From Lama glama (Eukaryota): 64,000 nucleotides of DNA. The notes under the pieces were generated by a model. That model saw only the letters and a program-made list of their open reading frames with translations. It was not told the DNA's origin and searched no databases. Below, piece by piece: positions 27,301-39,300 of this stretch. A program made the translations under genes and the position numbers. The stretch lies in NCBI GenBank assembly GCA_028534125.1, contig CM052817.1:43402001-43466000 (forward strand), read 5' to 3'. Numbering within the stretch: the first letter of the stretch is position 1; each line of letters opens with the position of its first letter.

Positions 27301-30300
27301 AGAGGACTTTCAGGGCAGTGAAAATACTCTGTATGATATGATAATGATGGATAAATGTCATACATTGGTCTAACCCCACAGAATATAGAGCACTAAGAGT
27401 GAACTCTAGAGTAAACTGGACTTTGGGAGATTAGGATGTGTCGATATAGGTCCATCCTTGGTTTAGAAAAAATGTATCATTCTAGTGGTGATGTTGATAA
27501 TTGGAGAGGCTATGCTATGCATGTGTCTATATACCTTCCTCTCAATTTTGTTGTAAAACTAATATCACTCTAAAAAAATTATCTAAAATAATTTTTTTAA
27601 AATCACTGAACAATAAAAAAGGAACCTCAGGCAGAAACAAGATAAATTAAAGGTCAGCCCAATGTCCATTTACTTTACTCAGTATAATAGGTTCATGGAT
27701 GATTTAACTTAAAGTCCTGGAGAAGTTAATAGATAACCCCTTTACCTATTCAAGCTTTCAGGTAAGTGCTGAGGCTTGGAAACCAAGCTGGTACACTACC
27801 ATGATGCTTGTTTTTCATGAGCAGAACACATACAGACCAGACTAAACTAAATATCCCACACTCAGAGTCAGAAACTTGTACCAAAATCCTGATTCTACTG
27901 CTTACCAGATATGGAAACCTGAGCAGATTACTATTCTAATCGCCCTTTGTTTCCTTAGCTTTAAAATGCTAAAATAAAACCTGTCCTTACAACATTGTTA
28001 TAAGGATTAAATAAGACAATGTATATTGTAAATTGTTTTGTAAAATGTAAACTGTTATAATCTGTTGTGCAGTATTACTGACGTATGATTTATCTAGCAG
28101 TTTGTCACTAGAAATGAGCTGATACTGGGTTCTTTTCAACAATAGCACAACACCAGAAAAAGAAAGAAAAGGCATCAAAATCAGAAAGAAAGAAAGAAGA
28201 AAAACTGTCACTATTTGTGGATGACATGGTATCATATATAGAAAACCCTAAAGATTCCACCAAAAGCCCAAGAGAACTAATAACTGAATTAAGTAAACCT
28301 GCAGGATACAAAATCAATACACAAAAATCGGCTGCATTTCTAAACACTAATAACAAGCTATTAGAAAGAAAAATCATGAAAATAATCTCATTGACAATTG
28401 CATTAAAAAGAATAAAATACCTAGGGATAAATTTAACACAGGAGGTGAAAGATCTGTATGATAAAAACTATAGGACATTGATGGAAGAAATTGAAGACAC
28501 AAATGAATGGAAAGCTATTCCACGCTTGAAGAATTAGAAGAATTAATATTGTCAAAATGTCCATACTGCTCAATGCAATCTCTATGAAAATTTCAATAGC
28601 ATTTTTTCACAGAAGTACAACAAATGATCCTAAAATTTGTATGGAACAACAAAAAGCTCCAAATAGCCAAAGCAATCTGGAGAAAGAAGAACAAAGCCGG
28701 AGGCATCATGCATCCTGGTTTCAAACTATATTACAAAGCTATAATAATCAAACAGTATGGTATTGGTATAAAACTGATCTATAGATCAAAGGAATACATA
28801 TAGAGAGAGAGAGCCTATAATATATATACAAATATAAGGTCAATTAATTTATGACAAAAGAACAAAAAATATAAAATGGAGACAGGACAATCTTCAATAA
28901 ATGGTGTCAAGAGAAACTGGACAGCCATGTTCAATAGAAGGAAACTAGACCACTATCTTACAATATACACAGAAATTAACTCAAAATGGATTAAAGACTT
29001 AAACATAAGACCTGACGCTATAAAACTCCTAGAAGAAAACATAGGTGATAATCTCCTTGACATCAGCCTTGGCAATGATTTTTTAAAATTTGACAACAAA
29101 AACAAAAAAAAACAAGTTGGACTACATCCTATTTGCATAGCAAAGGGAAAAGCTTCTGCATATCAAAGAAAACCATCAACAAAAAGAAAAAGCAACCTAC
29201 AGAATGGAAGAAAATATTTGCAAATCATGTATCTGATGAGGGGTTAATACTATATATATAAAGAACTCATACAACTCAATAGCAAAGGATCCCACAAACA
29301 ATCTGATTAAAAATGGACAGAGAATATGAATTGACATTTTTCCAAAGAAGATATACAGATGGCCAACAGGTACATGAAAAGGTTCTCACATCACTGATCT
29401 TCAGGAAAATGCAAATCAAAACTACAATGAGATATCACGCCACACCTCTTAGAATGGCTAATAACAAAAAGACAAAAGATAGGTAGTGTTGTGAGGGTGT
29501 GAGGAAAAGGTAACCTTTTTACACTGTTAGTGGGAATGTAAATTGCTGAGGCCAGTACGGAAAACAATATGAAGGTTCCCCTCAAAATTAAAACTAGAAC
29601 TACTATATGATCTAGCAATCCCACTTCTGGGTGTATATCCAAGGAAAATGAAATCAGTGTCTCAGAGAGAGAGCTGCACTCCGTGTTTATTGCAGCATTA
29701 TTCACACTAGCCAAGATTAGTATCCATTGGTGGATGAATGGTGGATGAATGGATGACTGAAACATGGAGATAGATATAATGTACAGCATGGTGACTATAG
29801 TTAATAATTCTGTGTTGCATATTTGAAAGTTGCTAAGAGAGCAATTGTAAAAGGTTTACCACAGGAAGAAAAATTTTGTTACTATACATGTGACAGATGT
29901 CAAGTAGACTTATTGTGGTGATCATTTTGCAGTGTATACAAATATTTACTCACTATGTTGTACACCTAAAATGAATGCAATGTTACATGTCAATTATACC
30001 TCAATTAAAAAATAAAAAGGAAAAAAATGACAAAATTCTAAAATTTTCTGTTGATTCATGTGTGATTTTTTAACCCTCAAAGGAGGACTATCTGGGAGTT
30101 TTGGAGAGGTGAATCTCTCCCATCAAGATTTATCCCTGTATGAAACACAACAGGACATCCTGATGGTTGTTTCTAATGGAATAGTCAATCCCAACTAAAC
30201 AGCTATTTAGGGATGCCATTTATGGTCAACCATCCTCACTCTAGACCTAAACAAAGAATCTTGCTTCTATTTTGCACCAGCATAGATGTCAGGTCTGATT

Positions 30301-33300
30301 CTGCTTTTGCTTACTGGCACTCAGCTTTTATTGTACTGTGAACTAAAACCAGAACGCTGAGGTCTTCTACACACAGCTCACTCTCTGGGTCACAACACTT
30401 CCCTTCCAGTAGCGAGGTATCCAATGAAAGGCTCTATTCAATGCTATATACAACAACAATTCATTAGTTGAGTGTCACACAGGGATGATTACAGGCATGA
30501 CTTGGGGCATGGTTTGGGGTTTGGTTCCAGACTACTGCAATAAAATGAATATTGCAATAAAGCAAGTCACATGAAAAATTAGGTTTTCCAGTGCATATTA
30601 AAGTTATGTTTACACTATACTGTAGTTTATTAATGTGCAACAGCATTGTCTGAAAACCTTTCGTTAAAGACTATTTTATTGCTAAAAAATGCTGACCATC
30701 ATCTGAGCCTTCTTTTTGTGGATGGGATTTGATTTGATGCTGCTGACTGATCAGGGTGGTCATTGCTGAAGGTTGGGGTGGCTGTGTTAATTTCTTAAAA
30801 TAAGACAATGAAGTCTGCTGCATTGATTGATTCTTCCTTTCATGAATGATTTCTATGTAGCATGCAATTCTGTTTGATAGCATTTTATCCACAGAACTTC
30901 TTTCAAAACTGGATTCAATCTTCTCAAATCCTACTGCTGCTTTAACTAAGTTTGTGTAATATTCTAAATCTTTTGTTGTCATTTCAACAATCTTCACACC
31001 ACCTTCATTAGGAGTATATTTCATCTCAAGAAACTACTTTCTTTGCTCATCCGTAAGAAGCAACTCCTTGTCTGTTAAAGTTTTATCATGAGATTGCAGC
31101 AATTCAGTCACATCTTCAGGATTCATTTCTAATTCTAGTCCTCTTGCACCACATCTGCAGTTACTTCCTTCACTGAAGTCTTGAAACTCTCATAGTCATC
31201 CATGAAGATTGGAATCACCTTCTTCAAAACTCCTATTAATGTTGTTATTTTGACTTCTTCCCATGAATTGCGAATATTCTTAATGACATGAATAGTGAAA
31301 TTTTTCCAGAAGGTTTTTAATGTACTTTGCCCATATCCATCCCAGGAATCACTATCCATGGCAGCTATAGTCTTACAAAACGTAGTTCTTAAATAATAAG
31401 ACTTGAAAGTCAAAATTATTCCTTGATCCATGGACTACAGAATAAATGTTGTGTTAGCAGACATGAAAACAACATCAATCTTGTTGTACATCTCCATGAG
31501 AGTTCTTGGATGGCCAGGTGCATTGTCAATAAACAGCAACATATTTAAAAAAGTCTTTTCAGGGGGTAGGTAATTAGGTTACCTATTTCTTTTGGTGGAG
31601 GTACTGGGGATTGAACCCAGGACCTTGTGCATACTAAGCATGCACTCTACCACTGAGCTAGACACTCCTCCTATAGAAATAAATCCTTTTTTTTTTCCTT
31701 TCTGAGAAGTAAGACTTAAGAGAAAACTTAAAATATTCAGTAAGCCATGTTGTAAATAGATGTGCTGTCATCCATGCTTTGCTATCCATTTATGGAGCAC
31801 AGAAGAGAAGATTTAGTGTAAAATTTTTAGAGGCTGTTGGATTTTTTGGAATGGTAAATGAGCATGGTTTCAACTTAAAGTCACCAGGTGTATTAATCTG
31901 TAACAAGAGAGTCAGTTGGTCCTTTGAAGCTTTGAAGTCAGTCATTGACTTCCTCCTCTCTAGCTATGTAAGTCCTGCATGGCATCTTCTTCTGATAGAG
32001 GGCTGCTTCATCTGCATTGACAATCTGTTGTTTAGTGTAGCCTCCTTCATTAATGATCTGAGCTAGATCTTCTAGATAACTTGCTGCAGCCTCTACCACA
32101 GCACTTGTCGCTTCACCTTGCGCTTCTATGTTAAGAAGACGGCTTCTTTTCTTAAACCTCACGAACCAAACTCTGCTAGCTTCCAACTTGTCTTCTGAAG
32201 TTTCCTCACCTTTTGCAGCCTTCACAGAATTGAAGAGAGTTAAGTCCTTGCTCTGGAGGCTCTGGCCTAGGGAATATTGTAGCTGGTTTGTTCATCTCTC
32301 CAGACCAAACTTTCTCCGTATCAGTAGTAGGGCTGTTTTGCTTTCTTATCATTCATGTGTTCACTGGAGTAGCACTTTTAATTTCCTTCAATAATTTTTC
32401 CTCTGCATTCACAACTTGGCTGTCTGGCATTAAGGCCTAGCTTTTGGCCTGACTTGGCTTTTGATGTGTGTTTCTCACTAAGCTGTTTTAGTTTTTGATT
32501 TAAAGAGAGATGTGTGGCTCTTCCTTTCACTTGAACACTTAGAGGTCACTGTAGGGTTATTGATGGGTTTAATTTTAATATTATTGTGTCTCAGAGAATA
32601 CAGAGGCCCAAGGAGAGGGAGAGAGACAGGGGAATGGCCGGTGTGTGCAACACTCAGAACACACACATTTATTAAGCTTGCTGTCTTATAAGCGCGTGGT
32701 TCATGGTGACCCAAAACAATTATAATATTAACATCAAAGATCACTGATCACTATAATAAATATAATAATGACAATGAAAAAGTTTATTATGAGATTATAT
32801 GAAATTGTATGTGAAACTTCTGAAAATTATAAAGCACTGTAGAATTTAAAGAATCTTGCATTCAAAATATAATAATGAAAAAAATTTTGAAATATTGCGA
32901 GAATTACCAAAATGTGACACACAGACATGAAGTAAGCAAATGCTCTCGGAAAAACAGCACCGATAGACAGACTTGCTCTACAAAGAGTTCCCACAAACCT
33001 TCAATTTGTAAAAAAATGCAATATCTACGAAGTACAATAAGGTTCAGTAAAACGAGGTATGCCAATCACTGTTCTGGGGGCTTTACATGTATGTAATTAT
33101 TATTTATTATCCCCATTGAGGAATAAGACATTCAGTCACAGAGAAGTTAAGAAACTTTCCCAAAGCAGGCTGAAGCCCAGACAATCTGGATCCAGAGTCT
33201 TAACCATTATTACCTGTTTTTAATAGATATTAGGGCAAGTTGAAATGGGGCTTAAAGAATAGCAATCTTTGGTATCCTTGGTAAATTATTTTTTTATGAA

Positions 33301-36300
33301 TACAAAGTTAAGCTATTACTATTTAACTAGCCACGTAATTATTTTAGAAGAAACTTGTGTTAACGTAACTTTTAAGTAGTTCTTAGAAAATAGCTAAAGG
33401 TAATGATGAAGAGAGTAAAGGGACAAATTTTTTTAAAAAAAGGAAAAATTCCATTTTCCAATAAAATTGAGATAAAAATGTTTACCTGTGAAGTGGAATT
33501 TCACTGAGTCTGGAAGACCTGAAAGAACAGATGTGAGAAAATCAGTATACTAAATATTTTGAGGTCAGAAATAGATGGAGAAGGTACAAAATATAAGGCA
33601 GAGGTTAGAAAAGTAAAAGGACATTTTAATCTAAATTATTAGGGTTTACGGAAAGATCACCAGGTTGTTTGCTAATGTTATGCTGAATTAATGGTGCCAG
33701 CACTAATTTTAAGTAACAAAAGGAAACCCGTAGAGGAATAATTTTATATCACAGCAGTTAGAGTGATTTATAACACATTCATTCAGATTCCATTTTATCA
33801 GTACACAGAATCCTACAAATCGGTGACTGTGGGTGATGCCATACATCACTGACAAGGCTCTCTGGTGGGTCAGTTCCATTGTAGAATTGAGTGATGCCTG
33901 GGACATTGATTTACACACTGTAACAGTGTGAGAGATTTATCTCGTGGCATTTATCCCATAGATTATACAGGATAGGACTTTGCTCTCTGCAGTATAGTGT
34001 ATTCGGAAATAACTTCAACCATGGCTGACGTGTTTTCTTTCCCTCTAATCCCAGGGAGTTTCTTGTAAAGTAGGTCTTGTAAAGTTGGAGTTAGAGGGCC
34101 ATGGACATTTTCACTGGCTATCAGTTATCAGTTAGTAAACCCTGGGGAAACCTTTAGATAAGAAGTCTACCCCAGCACTTTCGGATTTTCACTGTAACAG
34201 AGGAGTAAATCATTTTCTAGAAAATTGCAACTATACAAATATTGGCAAATATTACTTTAAACATCTGGTATACTTTAAAACATAATTCTAAAATTATTCA
34301 AGCCGTGTTAAACTCACCATAAGAAATCACCAATTGTTCTGTATGAATAAAGCTACTATACACAAATAATACTCTATATTAAGTGCTGAATGATACATAC
34401 ATTTTAAGGGTCATAAAGAAACAGGCTTGCAGATTTTTAGAATGATTTCAAAGCACAGAAACATTTAGGGCAGGGGCTTAAAACTCAGTAGTTTTGTGTG
34501 GTTACCAGCTGGGAAGGGGAAGGAAGGGATAGATTAGGAGTTTGGGACTAACAGATACGCATCACTATATTTAAAATAGATAAACAACAAAGACCTACTG
34601 TATAGCACAGGGAGCTATATTCAATTTCTTGTAATGAGCTATAATGGAAAAGAAACTGCAAATACATGTATGTATGTATGTATGTATATGTATAACTGAA
34701 ATGCTTTGTTGTATACCTGAAACTTACATTGTAAATTGACTACATTTCAATAAAAAATAAGAATTAAAATTTTAAAAAACCTCAGCAGCTTTGAATACTA
34801 GGTCAAGGGGAGAGGTAAGGGGTGGCAAGGATTAAGGCTATTTTAGCTTAGTGGAAGGGCACACACTTGCCTGAATCAGAAATTTAGTTACTCTTTTGCT
34901 CAATCTTCTCTTCTTTAAAAAAAGGTGCCATCTGTCAAATTCTGGTTTTAATCTAAAGGTCACCTGCATTCTTCATTTTTACATGGGACCTTCCCTGAGA
35001 TACAGCAGGATCCTTCTCGCCAGTTTCCATTCAACCACATATCCATCTGCCCTGGCCCCTCCTCAAATCCACTCACATCACTGCAGTCAAAGAGTTTCTT
35101 TTCCCCCTATAACTTAAAACCTTCACCAGGTTCTACTGTTCAGATCCAAATCCCTGCAGCTTCCAGGGCCTCTAAGGCCTGGCCTCTATTCCTACCGACA
35201 GGCTCATCCTTGTTCTGCTCAACCCTCCACATTCCAGACACACTGACCATTTTTTAAAAATTGAAGTATAGTTGATTTACAATATTGCATTCATTTCAGG
35301 TGTACAGCAAAGTGATTTGGTTATATGTATATATACGTATATATCTATTTTTTTTATTCTTTTCCATTATAGTTTATTATAAGATACTGAATATAGTTCC
35401 CTGTGTTATACAGTGGGTCCTTATTGTTTATTTTATATATGGTAGTATGTATCTGTTAATCCCCTACTCTCAATTTATCCCTTCCCTCCTCTTTCCCATT
35501 TGGTAGGCATAAGTTTGTTTTCTATGTCTGAGTCTGTTTCTGTTTTGTAAATAAGTTCACTCAAACTATTTTTTAGATTCTACATATAAATGATATTGTA
35601 AAGTATTTGTCTTTCTCTGTCTGACTTACTTCACTTAGTATGATAATCTCTAGGCCTATCTATGTTGCTGTAAATGGCATTATTTCATTCTTTTTTTATG
35701 GCTGAGTAATAGTCTACACTGACCTTTTTTTTAAATCCCCAGAATGTCATATTCTCTCCCTCTCAGGGCCTCTGCACAGGGACATGTGCCCTCCCTTCAG
35801 GAATGTCCTCCCAATGGTCCCAACACACACACTTAGCCTAGTTAGCTTCTACCCATCCCTCCACTGGGTAGAGGGGATGCCTCCCTGGGGCAGCCAGCAA
35901 TGAACCCTCAGTCTAGGTCAGTCTCACTACATCCAATTCCACCACTAAACATTCTTCTTTCTTTTCCGAGCTCTCGTCTCAGCCTGCAACTAAATGTTCA
36001 TTACTGGGATTACTTACCAAATTCTGTCTCTATACTTAGATCCCAAAACTCACCAAGAACAGGAGTCATGCCTCTTGTTTCTCACCAGTAGATCTCTAAG
36101 GCCTCTCTCAGGCCTTTCCACATCAGAGACACAACATAAAGTAGAAATTTATTAAAAGTATGCCAGCACAAATGAATAAAGGAAATAATGATGAACACGA
36201 GCACAGAGCTACTTATTGGCCCCCAAGTCTTGAGCTATTTTGAAAACCTACAGAGCAGTGTCACCAAACTGTCTAGAAGGACTATGGCAGAGTCAGGGCG

Positions 36301-39300
36301 AGACTGCCATGAAGATCCACAGAGAGCAGTTTGGTGCTTCAAAATAGAGAAAAAAGCCTTACCAGCAAAGGAGAAGGCCATGATCTCCTGGAGGTGGGGG
36401 GCTGCCATGGGAGGACGGTACATGATTTTGCCCTGGTTGATGTCTTCCTGTGTGAAGTAGCGGATGGGAGAGTGAGGCTGGTCCCTGCGTTCGATGGTGC
36501 CTGGGGAGGAAGAGTCGGCATGAGCATCAGCAGTAATTTTGGTGGCTGGCTGAATGATCGGGGCCATAAAGCTGCTTTTCCCACAGGTGGGAGGCCTTTA
36601 TTCCTCAGGAACAAGTGCTCTCAAGTTGTTCTTGGTGGACTATTCTCTAGTTATTGAAGAAAAGGGCAAATTGGAAACCCAAATACTCTTGACTAGGATT
36701 CACTGACCATAAGCAATAGTAAGATGCAAACTACTGCCCCCAGTGTAGCTTAGACCAGGGAATTCTTCACAAGTCACAGATGCTGTACCATAATTATGAG
36801 ATTCTCGCAATTGAGCTTAAGTTCAAAGGTCAAAGTTGCTAAAAAAAAAAAAGGCACAGACTGGTCTCTTGGTGAGGCTGTAAAGTGATTTTTCTCAATC
36901 TCCCCTCTGTCCTTCAGAGGCTTCCTGGTCTCTGTGATGATCCTTAGCAACAGAAACATGGATCCTGACTATTCTAAGATCTTGATTTGCAACAACCACT
37001 AAATTATAAATACTTTAGGGGCTGCAGCTTTGTCTGTCATTTCTAAACTCTGCAGGTATAGAACTTATGCTGTGATCATCTTTCCTGTCCTATCAACTCT
37101 TTAAAAGGAGGGCGCATATGAGGCTTCACCATTCAGGCTGCTGGTCTGGGAGAACATCTCCACTCTGGCCCCGTAGGAAGGATGACTCTAGCTATGACTT
37201 AGATTAAAAAAAGATGGAAGGAGGACTTTTAGGCTTTTAATTCCTCTAGACCTTTGCAAAAGGGAAATGAAATTTAATTTCTCCTTGGGAATATGATAAT
37301 GTGAAAGGCTTATATCTAAGGCAGTGGTTGGTCTTGGGAGAGCAGCTCCAGAGGGAACAGAAGTGTCTTCGTAGAAGCCGACCCTCCTGTGATGCCCGGC
37401 CACACCTATTCCGGTGCAGGCTTGTTAGTTGAGCCCCAAAGTAAAGGGATCTGAGGGCTGTAGACTGACGGCAGGGGCCCACCTCTCCTCTAATTATAGT
37501 TCCATATTTCCATGCTCCTGTACGAGAGGAGGAATGACTTATCCAAGTGGGAATGAAACTATGTATGTGGGGCTCAGGCCCCGTTGAACCCCAGCTGTCT
37601 TTAGCACAAGCTCATTCTGGTCTGCTTGCCTATCATAACCTCATCAGGGCAGGAGCTGTCTGTCCCTACGGGCCATGCTTGGGTCTGTCTGGTTCTGCCT
37701 GCCATGGGAGGGGGAGCTCATCTGGTGATTAAAGCTATGTGCATGCTGTTTTCTTCGGCACAGCTCTGTCAGTACCAAACCTGACACATCCATCTCCCTC
37801 TATCTGACCACAGTCTCTCTCTCTCAGTTGGTTCTAAACTCAGAAGACAGGAGCAAAGGTGATGAATAATTGTTACTCCTGAAATCCTCAACAAGTAGAA
37901 GCAGACAGAATTTCAGAGCTTTTAAGGCTGGTCAACAAGTGGAAGACAGCAGCATCACTCAGAAGATGACTGACCGCACGTCTCACCTTGATTTGGATGC
38001 AGAGGTAGAGTGATGTTGTACACGATCTTTCCACTTGGCCTCTCAGAGTTTACGAAGGAGAGGGAATGAGGCTGAATCACAGTCAGGCCGTCCTCCCGAG
38101 CCTACACAAAATTTAAGAAAGAAGAAGAAAAAATGGTGTGATGAAAACAAAAGCCAGAAGCAAAAACAAACCTCATTTAAAAAAAAAAAACAACAAAACC
38201 CTCACTCTGGGTTTTTTAATTAGTCACAGATAGCAAAGTTTTCTCTGAGAGTTCAAAAGAAGGAACTGGTCCCCTGCTTTGCAGATCTGTCGCAGCCTCA
38301 GGAACCTCACAGGGTGACAGAGTCCTCATCGGGTCTTGCACCCGACCCTTCTGTCCCCTGCCCTTGGCCCCTGCGGGTGCATGCTGTGGGGGTCCCAGTG
38401 TGATCACTTTTCCCTAGTTGGGACTCATGGTAGTACACGTTAGAAAATGAAGCATCGCAGCTGGCTATTCTACTATTCACAGCTGGATTCCTGCAGCTCT
38501 GCTCCTCTAATTTAATGCGCTAAGACTGTATCTGGTGAGAATTTCTCCCAACCCCTCAGCTTGCTAATGGGAACTGTGATGCCCGCCACCTCCCCCCCTT
38601 TTTTTAACTTTGATGGTTTCAAAGGGCTGAAGATGAACTCATCTTAAATGCCAAAGAGCCCCATCATCTGAATTCAGAGGTTTAAGAACTGTTTATTGAA
38701 GCACTATAAAAATAGTCAGTATTTCTCTTTGTCCCCGTTGTACTGTTCAAAAGAACCAGATACTACGTTTTGTTTCTAGCTTTCAGGACTCAGTGAAGGA
38801 GTCAGGTGAAATTAATCAGAAGGCCAACGTGTGTGCAGCTTTCACTATGCCTTCACTTGTGTGTATTCACAACCCACAAACAGTGACAACATTAAAAAAA
38901 AAAAAAAAAAGAGGAGAGATTCAGAATCCCATGACCAGGCCTAACAGAGATTTGGGGACAGTGGCAAAAACAGAGGGGAGAGGAGAAAAGGAAAAGGGCC
39001 CTTGCCTGGTAATAAAACAGAACAAAACTATCCAGCTCGTCGCAGGCTCTTCCTAACTGAGCCCTGAAGCATTAGAGTTTGACATGCTCTCTTGCTCTTT
39101 CAAGCTCTGCCACTTTCAGAAGGAATTTCCAATTTAGGAAAGGATTAAGCAGGGCTCAGTCACTCTCCTGGAGGAGGGTGTGGTGCTCTTCTTTTTAACC
39201 ATGAAAAGATTGAAGGTTGCAGTTGCCTGGTAATTGTCCCCAAGGCATACGTGGTCCTGGGGAGAGGCAGCATCTGCAGGTTAGGACAACCCCGCTATAG

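Noticed and set aside
28217..29247. Reverse-transcriptase-like ORFs as a functional RT gene
   Set aside because: Fragments of a 5'-truncated, frameshifted L1 ORF2 with no endonuclease domain or ORF1.
31590..31671. tRNA gene
   Set aside because: A and B boxes are present, but it has a SINE-type tail, no intact acceptor stem, and sits inside a transposon.
30671..32744. Tigger transposase ORFs as a domesticated TIGD-like gene
   Set aside because: Broken into several frames by stops and frameshifts, interrupted by a SINE, and still bounded by TIRs: a fossil element.
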